Positions 1 through 7,387 of a stretch of 64,000 nucleotides of DNA are shown piece by piece. Under the pieces are notes generated by a model. That model saw only the letters and a list, made by a program, of their open reading frames with translations. It was not told the DNA's origin and made no database searches. Numbering within the stretch: position 1 is the first letter of the stretch; every line of letters begins with the position of its first letter. A program made the translations under genes and the position numbers. Source of the stretch: a virus; IMG/VR virus record IMGVR_UViG_3300045988_159773, one strand, 5' to 3'.

Positions 1-375
1 CCCCTTATTGTCCTCAACAAAGATAGAGTTGCGGGATGCCAAAAACGGCTTGATGACTGTCGAGTCAACCGTGCAGGTCATTTGAACTCTCTGGTTGCGA
101 ATCGACTTACGGACGATACCGCGCTGCCCCGCTACAAAGTCCAAAAAGTTCCCAGAGAGCTCCTTGGTCGAGAAAAGCTCCGAGAACGCCTGAGTAGAGC
201 CGTTGACAGTGGAAAGCCCATCCGCCAGCATCTGCAAAAATACGTTGAATGGCGTACCCTCATCAAGAGAGATGTCATTGCCATACGCCGCGCGAGCAAA
301 GATTGCAAGCTGCTCATATATTTCCTGGCGAGTTGCAATCTTCAAGCCAGTATCTGTCAATTTGATAAAATCCAC
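1..375 (-). CDS. baseplate J-like protein, N-terminal fragment (gene continues past window start)
   Basis: Not in ORF track because truncated. GTG at 375 lies six nt after GGAGG and the frame stays open to nt 1. Translation VDFIKLTDTGLKIATRQEIYEQLAIFARAAYGNDISL...LDFVAGQRGIVRKSIRNQRV resembles N-termini of baseplate J/gp47-family proteins. Follows tail/baseplate genes. Confidence 0.5.
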   Translation of the reverse strand, partial: MDFIKLTDTGLKIATRQEIYEQLAIFARAAYGNDISLDEGTPFNVFLQMLADGLSTVNGSTQAFSELFSTKELSGNFLDFVAGQRGIVRKSIRNQRVQMTCTVDSTVIKPFLASRNSIFVEDNKG

Positions 376-385
376 TGTTCGCCTC

Positions 386-934
386 CTACTTCTTCAGCAT
401 TCTGCCGAGTTCTTCCACTGCTGCGTCCGAAGTCTTAAACCCGCCGAACACCGTTCCGAAGTCGCCTGTTTCCTCGTCGTAACCGCAAGAAATGGCGTAG
501 TCTTTCATACCCTTGCGGTGAATTACCGCGTACTTGCGTCCCGCCTTATCAGAGTCCGCCACAACCATATCGTAATCGTCCGAAATAAGGTTTGCATAGG
601 TCTCGGTAGCCGCCGAGTCTCTTTGCGGCAGTTTCCGTCCCATCCACGACAACAGACTCGAACCAGCGTGCAAGAGGTTGCCGCCAGTCACCGCAATCAA
701 TTTGAGTGCCGTCTGCAACGCCTGAGGTGTCTTCGCCGACTGCAAAAGTTTCTTCTGCTCAGCGATTGCCAGTGCCGCATTTGCCAGTGCGCCGCCAATA
801 GAGTCATTGACGTCTTTCATCGCCGAGTCAAAGTCCCCGTCGTAAACTTCGAGATAGTTCTCCCAGCTAAACTTATCTTCGGCGTCCTCAATGATTTGGT
901 CTAGCAACGCCTTTTCAGAATCGGATAATTTCAT
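386..934 (-). CDS. hypothetical protein (tail/baseplate module)
   Basis: 182-aa ORF, ATG preceded by AGAGGTG, tightly packed in the minus-strand structural operon. No motif recognised. Confidence 0.6.
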   Translation of the reverse strand: MKLSDSEKALLDQIIEDAEDKFSWENYLEVYDGDFDSAMKDVNDSIGGALANAALAIAEQKKLLQSAKTPQALQTALKLIAVTGGNLLHAGSSLLSWMGRKLPQRDSAATETYANLISDDYDMVVADSDKAGRKYAVIHRKGMKDYAISCGYDEETGDFGTVFGGFKTSDAAVEELGRMLKK

Positions 935-948
935 AATTCACCTCTGAA

Positions 949-957
949 TAATATAAC
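949..957 (-). promoter_or_regulatory. late-promoter-like motif (GTTATATTA variant)
   Basis: Minus strand GGTTATATTATTCAGAGGTGAATTATG. Member of the recurrent GTTATTNTAA family found just upstream of late genes. Confidence 0.35.
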
Positions 958-958
958 C

Positions 959-1957
959 TCACTTGTAGTACGCCGAACTCGTGCCAGCCATAACTGCTAC
1001 ATACGAGGTCTTGCACGCGCCAACGTGAGAGTCAAACTGCGTGGTCATCTTCACCACTCGGTACAGCCCAGCAGGGTCATACGATGCCCCGAACTGGTTT
1101 GACGGAACGAACCCGTCCCTGTTGTCAATGATTGCCGAGTTCGGTAACCACACATATGAGTATAAGACTATCTTCGGGTTGATTAAGGTCTCAAACCTCA
1201 TTCCCTCGGTGTCAATGCAAGGATACCCTATAAGACCAGAGCGAGCCACCACCTTACCGTCTTCGGTGTACTCGCCTAGAATTACCACGTCGAGGTCTGC
1301 CGAGGTCGGGCGCATAGGCACGAACACAATCCCCATCGGCGTGGTCGAAATCATATACTCAACTTTGCTCAGAATAGAGTTCACGCAATCCAGCGTCTTG
1401 CCGTAGAACGAAATCGGCGAGTCGATGTAGTGCTCTTTCAAGGCTTCGGGTATTTGGTAATCCATCCCCTGCACTGTCGAGTTCTCGAACAGTCCCTCCA
1501 CCACATCGTACACCGACGTCCCAGCATCGAACTGAGCAGTCGACACCGCCGACGTGAAAAAGTTCTGAATTTGATACGCGTAAATCTTCGTGATTGTCGT
1601 CATCGCGTCCTGACGAGTTGTAAACGCACGCGCAATCGTGCCGACAAAAATAACGCTGGTCTTTCCCTCGTTCTCATCCTGATAGCCGAACGAAATACGA
1701 ATGAACTTCGGGTCGTCGACCAGCACGTCCTCCCCAGTGTTTTCGTCTACCATCGTCTTCTTTAACGCGAAAATAGGCGCGGCGATTGTCGCTGGGATGT
1801 TATACACTTGAATTGTTGCGCGTGGCGAACCAGACGAGGACGGCAGATACTCAATCGTGCCAGAGCATTGCAACTTAGTCTCCTGCTCGGGGTCGACTAA
1901 GAACACCGAGTCCCCGTATCTATCGAACACCTCAATCGACAAAATGCGTCCGAACAT
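959..1957 (-). CDS. tail/baseplate structural protein (function not assigned)
   Basis: 332-aa ORF. TAATG stop/start overlap with the upstream gene. Lies between the tape-measure region and the baseplate J-like gene. Confidence 0.6.
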   Translation of the reverse strand: MFGRILSIEVFDRYGDSVFLVDPEQETKLQCSGTIEYLPSSSGSPRATIQVYNIPATIAAPIFALKKTMVDENTGEDVLVDDPKFIRISFGYQDENEGKTSVIFVGTIARAFTTRQDAMTTITKIYAYQIQNFFTSAVSTAQFDAGTSVYDVVEGLFENSTVQGMDYQIPEALKEHYIDSPISFYGKTLDCVNSILSKVEYMISTTPMGIVFVPMRPTSADLDVVILGEYTEDGKVVARSGLIGYPCIDTEGMRFETLINPKIVLYSYVWLPNSAIIDNRDGFVPSNQFGASYDPAGLYRVVKMTTQFDSHVGACKTSYVAVMAGTSSAYYK

Positions 1958-2262
1958 TATTCCTCATCCTCCACCCAGATTTGAAAATCCTTGATAGTCT
2001 TGGAAGTGGGGTTGAACGCATACAGCTCTGGCTTGGTCGGGCAGAACCACAATTTGAACCAGCTGAACTGTGAAAGCATATTCGTCCCAGTAGAAACCGT
2101 TATTCCAGACAGCAAAAGTTTCATACCCATCAACCGAATAAGGTTGAAGTAGTATGAATCGCTGAACGCGTTGTAACGAATTTCAAGTCGATAAGATGTT
2201 CCATTCGCACTGAAATCTACGTTGAACGCCGTATTCGTTTTTATGGTGATTATTTTCGTCAT
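1957..2262 (-). CDS. hypothetical structural protein
   Basis: 101-aa ORF, ATG start, coupled (TAATG) to the downstream gene. Confidence 0.55.
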   Translation of the reverse strand: MTKIITIKTNTAFNVDFSANGTSYRLEIRYNAFSDSYYFNLIRLMGMKLLLSGITVSTGTNMLSQFSWFKLWFCPTKPELYAFNPTSKTIKDFQIWVEDEE

Positions 2263-2270
2263 TGCTTCTC

Positions 2271-2600
2271 CTACAACACCAGCGGCAAGAACACCCCGAA
2301 CCCAATCTCGTGTGCAGGTCCGCCAGAGGGCTGGATATCCTGTCCGATTTGGTTACGTCTGTCAAGGTGCAGAACGACACCGACCGCCCCAGCCTTTGGC
2401 ATCGACTCTCCAACGACATACATATTCTTCACCACAGGCGGCACAACGCTCACTCCGTCCACCGAGTCCGCGATAGTAAGCTGCACATCCACTTGCTTGT
2501 CGTGAACCGCCACGACAATAGCCTGAGAGCAAACTCTCAGGTCGCGGAATATTTCGCTTTTCAGGTCTCCCATGACCTGGTTCATATCTTCATTTATCAT
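2271..2600 (-). CDS. hypothetical structural protein
   Basis: 109-aa ORF with ATG start in the compact tail operon. Confidence 0.55.
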   Translation of the reverse strand: MINEDMNQVMGDLKSEIFRDLRVCSQAIVVAVHDKQVDVQLTIADSVDGVSVVPPVVKNMYVVGESMPKAGAVGVVLHLDRRNQIGQDIQPSGGPAHEIGFGVFLPLVL

Positions 2601-2608
2601 TATTCACC

Positions 2609-3262
2609 TCACCCGAACAGAGAACCAAAGAACCCGATGACACCGCCTATGACCGCCCCTGCCGCCGTTCCTATGCCTGGAATGACAGAGCCGATAGCCG
2701 CACCGACAGCTGCGCCCGTAGCACCTGCCATCAAAGCTGAGCCGATGTTGGCGGGGCTGTCTACCGCCGCCGCACCACCAACCGAGATAACATCGCCATA
2801 CGCCGCCTGATAATACTGGTCTGGGTTCTCGATTATTCCCGTTCGTAATGTCTGAACCCGCGCCTCTCTGAAATTGAGGGTCGGGTTGAATAGAGCCAAG
2901 TCCTGGTCAGCCCACGAGTACGACTGCAATATCATATTTGGGAAGTAATACCGAATGGACGTGACCTCAACTCTGGTCGCGTCCTTGAACCACCGCTGCA
3001 AAAGCTCGTTCACTTCCTCGGGCGAAAGCTGCTTCTCCACCCTACCGCCAGCGGCATCTGTTTCCACCGAGTAAATCAGCGATTTGGAAACTTCTGATGC
3101 CTTCAGCTGAAAGCTCACGTTATCTGGCTCGCGGTAATAGTGGTCAGAGAACGACGTGCCCTCGATAGTAGGATAGCTCGTCAACGAATTCGTTCTCGTG
3201 GTGTTGCCGAGCATCGAGCCATAAATATAATATTGCTTGTTATTTTCGGTTACGAGAATCAT
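2609..3262 (-). CDS. tail protein with C-terminal glycine-zipper hydrophobic segment
   Basis: 217-aa ORF immediately after the tape-measure-like gene (4-nt overlap). C-terminus GATGAAVGAAIGSVIPGIGTAAGAVIGGVIGFFGSLFG. Confidence 0.6.
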   Translation of the reverse strand: MILVTENNKQYYIYGSMLGNTTRTNSLTSYPTIEGTSFSDHYYREPDNVSFQLKASEVSKSLIYSVETDAAGGRVEKQLSPEEVNELLQRWFKDATRVEVTSIRYYFPNMILQSYSWADQDLALFNPTLNFREARVQTLRTGIIENPDQYYQAAYGDVISVGGAAAVDSPANIGSALMAGATGAAVGAAIGSVIPGIGTAAGAVIGGVIGFFGSLFG

Positions 3263-4407
3263 CCGTTATAGCCTCCCTTGTTGGAATAAGACAGCTGGCG
3301 AGCCAATTCATCATTGTTGTGGAAATCGTTGCCGTAAATATTATACGTGCTGTTGTTTGAAGTGTTTCCATTGTTGTTGGTAATGTTTGTCGGATTCGCA
3401 GAGCCGAAACCTGGAATCTTGCTTATCAGACTCATCGCCTTTTCCAGAATTGTAACGACAGTGGTCAAGAAGTCAATCAAACCGTCGAACACCGCTTGCA
3501 CCAGCGGCGAACCCAAGAAATCCAACGTCACATCAAAAAAGTCCCCAATCTTTCCGATAAACTTGTCAAACGTCTTCGATTCGGAAACCAACTTCAAAAT
3601 AGTAAGCTGCAAGCCCATTTGGAACTTAGCCTGCATCTCCTGATATTCGCTCATCGACTGCGTGAACCTATCCAACTTGTCGGGGTCGAGTTTGCCGATG
3701 CCCTCGTTCCAGAACTCGTTGAGCGAATTGAACACGCGCCGCTGTTCCGCAGTCATTCGTCCGATATCACTCTCGCTCATACCGAGCGCGTCCAGAGAGT
3801 TTTGGAAACCCAGAGCCTGTGTACCAGACAGCCCGTAACGTGTCATAATATCGCGCTGGCTTTGCGAGCCGAACGCGCCGAGAGGATTAAGCTGGTTGGA
3901 GTAATTCGCAATCTTGTCAATCGCCTCTCCAATCTGGTCTGCAAACGCTTTAACCGCAGTGATTGCAATGTTCACACCCGCCGCGAACTTGCCAATGCCC
4001 GCCACCGCATTAGAGCCAGCCTCTTTAAGTTTGCTGCCTGTTGATTTCATCGAGCCAGCATAGTCCGCCACCGCATCTACGACCGCTTTGGACTCCAAAC
4101 CCTTTTCCTTGTTGCCGTAGGTATAATCCTTGATGATGTCTTCCGACTTCTTCTTGGTCTGTTCAAGCAACTGTTTGGTCGCGGGGTCAAGTCCGCCCTT
4201 CTTCAATTTCGCGTCTATTTCAGCGACAATCTTTTGCTGCTTGGTCAGCTCCTCATTATACTTCTTTGCGGTCGCGAGGGCATTGTCAATAAACTCGTCC
4301 GAAACTTTTCCCATTTCAACGAGTTGGTCGCTTATCGCACCTGTCACCTTATCGAGTTGTGCTTGGTCGAAGTCAAGCCCGACCTTCATTAAATACTTAT
4401 CTGCCAC
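3259..4407 (-). CDS. tape measure-like protein
   Basis: 382 aa, GTG start six nt after GGAGG, helical/coiled N-half. Position directly downstream of a G/GT chaperone-type frameshift pair. Confidence 0.5.
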   Translation of the reverse strand: MADKYLMKVGLDFDQAQLDKVTGAISDQLVEMGKVSDEFIDNALATAKKYNEELTKQQKIVAEIDAKLKKGGLDPATKQLLEQTKKKSEDIIKDYTYGNKEKGLESKAVVDAVADYAGSMKSTGSKLKEAGSNAVAGIGKFAAGVNIAITAVKAFADQIGEAIDKIANYSNQLNPLGAFGSQSQRDIMTRYGLSGTQALGFQNSLDALGMSESDIGRMTAEQRRVFNSLNEFWNEGIGKLDPDKLDRFTQSMSEYQEMQAKFQMGLQLTILKLVSESKTFDKFIGKIGDFFDVTLDFLGSPLVQAVFDGLIDFLTTVVTILEKAMSLISKIPGFGSANPTNITNNNGNTSNNSTYNIYGNDFHNNDELARQLSYSNKGGYNG

Positions 4408-4419
4408 GCCGCGCCTCCT

Positions 4420-4455
4420 GATTAAAATAACGGCTTAGGGATTCCCCAAGCCGTT
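4420..4455 (-). terminator. hairpin (AACGGCTT / AAGCCGTT) followed by ATTTTAA
   Basis: Perfect 8-bp inverted repeat at 4429-4436 / 4448-4455. The 3' arm runs into the late motif. Overlaps the end of the frameshift ORF. Confidence 0.4.
4422..4431 (-). promoter_or_regulatory. late-promoter-like motif GTTATTTTAA
   Basis: Minus strand CCGTTATTTTAATCAGGAGGCGCGGCGTG, upstream of the tape-measure-like gene. Confidence 0.45.
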
Positions 4456-4964
4456 AATAGTATCCGCTTCTTGATTCGATTTCAAAATGAGGACTTCGAC
4501 TAGGTCTAAAACCTCAAGCGCATTCAATTGATATTTGATTTCGTAGTATGTCGAAAGCCCCGCCGAAACCAAAGCACTGACATAGGGGCTTACTCTTTGT
4601 GCTTTTTGGCTGCCGCTCCCTTTGCCGCTTCTGTTTGTGCCATGAGGGATTGGTAAGTCTTGGACTCGGTAAAAACTGGCAAGCAGACCGTGCTGCGAAA
4701 CTTGAAAAAGATGTCGAGTAAGGTCGATGCTGGCAGGTCGGGCAACGTCACATTGCCGTCTTCGTCCATGAGCGCGAACCACTCCGAACCGTTCCTCGTC
4801 CACATAACGTTGCGCAGACAATCCAACTTGAATTGCTTGCTGTCGGTGTCCTTGCCGATGTTTCTGTCCGCCAAGTCAAGCACGTCAAGAGAGCTCATCT
4901 TCTTGAACTTGATAATGACGTTCGGCATGAAATCCTTGTATTCTACTTCCCAAAAGTTATCCAT
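4435..4964 (-). CDS. tail assembly chaperone GT-like product made by -1 frameshift
   Basis: ORF 4435..4821 is in the -1 frame relative to 4590..4964. Slipping at C-AAA-AAG gives ...AAAKK/AQRVSPYVSALVSAGLSTYYEIKYQLNALEVLDLVEVLILKSNQEADTINGLGNP, ending 27 nt before the tape-measure start. Confidence 0.5.
4590..4964 (-). CDS. tail assembly chaperone (G-like)
   Basis: 124-aa ORF directly upstream of the tape-measure-like gene. Ends ...GCC AAA AAG CAC AAA GAG TAA, with a slippery CAAAAAG four codons before the stop. Confidence 0.6.
   Translation of the reverse strand: MDNFWEVEYKDFMPNVIIKFKKMSSLDVLDLADRNIGKDTDSKQFKLDCLRNVMWTRNGSEWFALMDEDGNVTLPDLPASTLLDIFFKFRSTVCLPVFTESKTYQSLMAQTEAAKGAAAKKHKE
4602..4608 (-). 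other. putative -1 programmed ribosomal frameshift site (C AAA AAG)
   Basis: Plus-strand ctttttg is minus-strand CAAAAAG, inside the overlap of the two chaperone frames. Confidence 0.5.
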
Positions 4965-4968
4965 CGCC

Positions 4969-5319
4969 TTAGTCCCCCACTCTGAAAATCACCTTTCTGT
5001 CAATAAGACTCTGGATGGCGGACAGTTTGAGGTCTTCAGCCGTCAGAGGACGCTCGACACCTTTCTGGAATATAATCATATTCTTGTCGTTCGCCCACGT
5101 GCCGTAAGTCTTTTGCACCTTGCCCGCGTCGTCGCGCTGGTGCGTATGCGTCAGTTCCTTGATGATGCGCATAAACTTTTCCGAGCGGTAGTTGCCTGGC
5201 TTATATCTCGAGGGCGCGGTGCTCGGAGTGGGAGTAGGGGCAACCCCTTCACCCGCCTGAGGAACCGTAGCTCCCGCCAAAGCCGTATCTGCAATCGTTT
5301 CCGTATTTTTATTTTCCAT
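4969..5319 (-). CDS. hypothetical structural protein
   Basis: 116-aa ORF with ATG start and an Ala/Pro/Thr-rich N-terminus. Confidence 0.55.
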   Translation of the reverse strand: MENKNTETIADTALAGATVPQAGEGVAPTPTPSTAPSRYKPGNYRSEKFMRIIKELTHTHQRDDAGKVQKTYGTWANDKNMIIFQKGVERPLTAEDLKLSAIQSLIDRKVIFRVGD

Positions 5320-5356
5320 AGTTGTATTCCTCCGTCATTATGAGTATAGAAAAGTT

Positions 5357-5818
5357 TCAAAGAATATCAGGCTGTTCGTTACGAATTGCTTCTCCGTCTT
5401 CAATATCCTGCCCAGCGTTCAATCCAATGGCACGAGCCGACGTCAATCCGAGGTCGGTCAATCCATTAAAGCTCTCAATCTTCATCATCCCAAAAGTGCG
5501 ATGGACGAGGATGTCCCCGATTTGAAGTGTAGACGGCTTCAAGTACATCACATTGAAGTGTTGAGTAGAACGGTCACCCCCAGCAGTTGCACTACGCGAA
5601 CGTTCCATCGGGGTGATTATGCACTGAAAGTCCACCCACTCCACTTTATGGTCTGGGCGTCCCTTGTCATCAAACTTGTTGATGATATTCTTTTGCCAAC
5701 GTGCCCAATCAAGCACAGGCGCAACCGCTTGCATCAACGCTGCAGAGCCGCCAGTGATGACTGGATTCGTTGCCCAGTCCTGTCTCTTTCTTCTCGAATC
5801 TCTGTTAGTCCTTGCCAC
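5357..5818 (-). CDS. possible head-tail adaptor / head closure protein
   Basis: 153 aa, GTG start after GGAGGAGG. The segment EWVDFQCIITPMERSRS...FNVMYLKPSTLQIGDILVHRTFGMMKIESF resembles HK97 gp8/SPP1 gp16-type adaptors (weak, by eye). Confidence 0.4.
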   Translation of the reverse strand: MARTNRDSRRKRQDWATNPVITGGSAALMQAVAPVLDWARWQKNIINKFDDKGRPDHKVEWVDFQCIITPMERSRSATAGGDRSTQHFNVMYLKPSTLQIGDILVHRTFGMMKIESFNGLTDLGLTSARAIGLNAGQDIEDGEAIRNEQPDIL

Positions 5819-6401
5819 CGCTTACCTCCTCCACTACAATCATACCATTCGTTGCGGTAGTATACCCCGTGCCGATACCGATAGAACCCGCGCCCGCGTC
5901 TTCACCATCATCGAAATCATCAATAAGTGTGTTCCAATTGATCTCCACATCAGTGCGCTCCCACCACTCGCCATTAATCTCCTCAGGAAATGTGGTAAGA
6001 CGTGGCTCTCCGTTTAGAACCGATTGCATATTCAACATCATCGTCAGAACATCTGGAATGCGGAAAAACGCCTTCACCCGAATAGCATTCTGCATCGAAT
6101 TTGCGCCGTAACAAGTCACAGTCAACTTGAACGGAATGACCGTCGACACGTCATCCGACACCTCAGTAGACAGCAGGTCCAGAGGGTCGAAGTGCCACCA
6201 AAAATAGATGATGTCTGTCGTGTTCCTCGCTGCCTTTACTCCGTCCTTCATAGGGTCGTGCGCATCCATCCTATTTACCGCGAACGGATTCGTCAACTTA
6301 GTTTTCAAGTAAGCTGGTCGAATGTTCGATGGATGCACCTTAGGCAAGCATTTACACAAAATGCTCTGTATTGAATCTTCGTACCACTCTCTGCTCTTCA
6401 T
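5805..6401 (-). CDS. hypothetical structural protein
   Basis: ORF 5805..6416. I prefer the ATG at 6401 (MKSREWYED...) because GTTATTGTAATT sits directly before it, as at two endonuclease genes. Confidence 0.5.
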   Translation of the reverse strand: MKSREWYEDSIQSILCKCLPKVHPSNIRPAYLKTKLTNPFAVNRMDAHDPMKDGVKAARNTTDIIYFWWHFDPLDLLSTEVSDDVSTVIPFKLTVTCYGANSMQNAIRVKAFFRIPDVLTMMLNMQSVLNGEPRLTTFPEEINGEWWERTDVEINWNTLIDDFDDGEDAGAGSIGIGTGYTTATNGMIVVEEVSGGKD

Positions 6402-6403
6402 AA

Positions 6404-6413
6404 TTACAATAAC
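6404..6413 (-). promoter_or_regulatory. late-promoter-like motif (GTTATTGTAA), 2 nt from ATG
   Basis: Minus strand TGTTTTCATGGTTATTGTAATTATGAAG. Confidence 0.4.
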
Positions 6414-6415
6414 CA

Positions 6416-6440
6416 TGAAAACAGCCCACCGAAGTGAGCC
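6416..6440 (-). terminator. intrinsic terminator-like hairpin
   Basis: Minus strand GCTCAC-TTCG-GTGGGC followed by TGTTTTC, downstream of gene 6475..7329. Confidence 0.5.
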
Positions 6441-6474
6441 GCCTTCCGAAATATTTGCTCAACGTGAATATTGA

Positions 6475-7329
6475 TTACGCGTCGGGGTTGTTCTTCTTGA
6501 GGTCGTCCGCCAGAACCGTAGTGATGTAGTCCTTCGCTCTGTCAAGGCAGGTCAACAGGGTCGGCACAATGACAAAGTCAATGAACTTGTCCCACGCGAA
6601 CTGCTTGGCTGAGGTCGTAGCCTCTTCCTTTGGCTCTTCCGCCTTTTCTGGCTCGGGAATAGGGTCAGCTGGCTTCTCTTCCTCCACAGGCGCGGCGGGT
6701 GCTTCCTCTGGAACCTCGTTGCAGGTGCAGAAGTGCTCGGGTGCGCCGCACTTCTCACAGTTCCCAGTCCACTCAACAGCGGGCGGCTCGAGCGTTGGTG
6801 CGGGGTCTACCGCGACTTCCTCTTGAGCGACCGAGAGGTCAGCCTCAAGTTTCTCTTCGACCTCGGGCGGCAAATCTCCGACAATCTCCACGCCGTCGAC
6901 CACAGGCTCGCCCTCGGGAACTTCGTCCACCAAGTCGATGGACTTCACGTCCTCGCCCTTGACCTGGACAACTTCCTCGACAGGCGGCGTGGGTGCGACC
7001 GTAGGCGGGGTCTGATGTACACGAGTAAAGATGCCCTGCGGTGCTTTCGGGAAAGCCTTCGGGTCAAACTCGGGTATTTTGAACTTCTCCGCGAGGGATT
7101 CCTGTGCAGGTGCAGTCTTCGCCTCTTCCACTGCGGTCGGAGTCTCCTCAACAGCCGCAACAGGGGTCTCAACTGCGGGCGCAGTCACCTCAGGTGCTGG
7201 CTCTGCAACAGGAACCTCGGGTACAGTTTCGGTAGTATCTATGACGGCTGGCGTCTCTTCGACAGCCGCTTGTGCACTCTGCTCCTCGATTTTCTTTTCG
7301 AGATTTAAGTTATTCCGTTCGAATTTCAT
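6475..7329 (-). CDS. acidic Pro/Glu/Val/Ala-rich protein
   Basis: 284-aa ORF with low-complexity PEVPVAEPAPEVTAPAVETPVAAVEETP repeats and a CEKCGAPEHFCTC cluster. Immediately downstream of the large terminase. Confidence 0.6.
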   Translation of the reverse strand: MKFERNNLNLEKKIEEQSAQAAVEETPAVIDTTETVPEVPVAEPAPEVTAPAVETPVAAVEETPTAVEEAKTAPAQESLAEKFKIPEFDPKAFPKAPQGIFTRVHQTPPTVAPTPPVEEVVQVKGEDVKSIDLVDEVPEGEPVVDGVEIVGDLPPEVEEKLEADLSVAQEEVAVDPAPTLEPPAVEWTGNCEKCGAPEHFCTCNEVPEEAPAAPVEEEKPADPIPEPEKAEEPKEEATTSAKQFAWDKFIDFVIVPTLLTCLDRAKDYITTVLADDLKKNNPDA

Positions 7330-7357
7330 AATATCGCTCCTTACTTGTCAACCTTAA

Positions 7358-7367
7358 TTAAGATAAC
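7358..7367 (-). promoter_or_regulatory. late-promoter-like motif (GTTATCTTAA)
   Basis: Minus strand TTGGTTATCTTAATTAAGGTTGACAAGTAAGGAGCGATATTATG. Confidence 0.35.
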
Positions 7368-7387
7368 CAATTTTCCCCTATCTTACA

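Noticed and set aside
4435-4821. ORF 4435..4821 as an independent 128-aa gene
   Set aside because: Its N-terminal two thirds overlap 4590..4964 out of frame and look non-protein-like (Arg-rich). There is no SD. Only the C-terminal ~50 codons look genuine, which fits a -1 frameshift extension.
6475-7329. Tandem DNA repeat or CRISPR-like array in the Pro/Glu/Val-rich region
   Set aside because: The periodicity is imperfect and lies inside a continuous 284-codon ORF with a normal start and stop. It is low-complexity coding sequence. No repeat-spacer architecture exists anywhere in the window.
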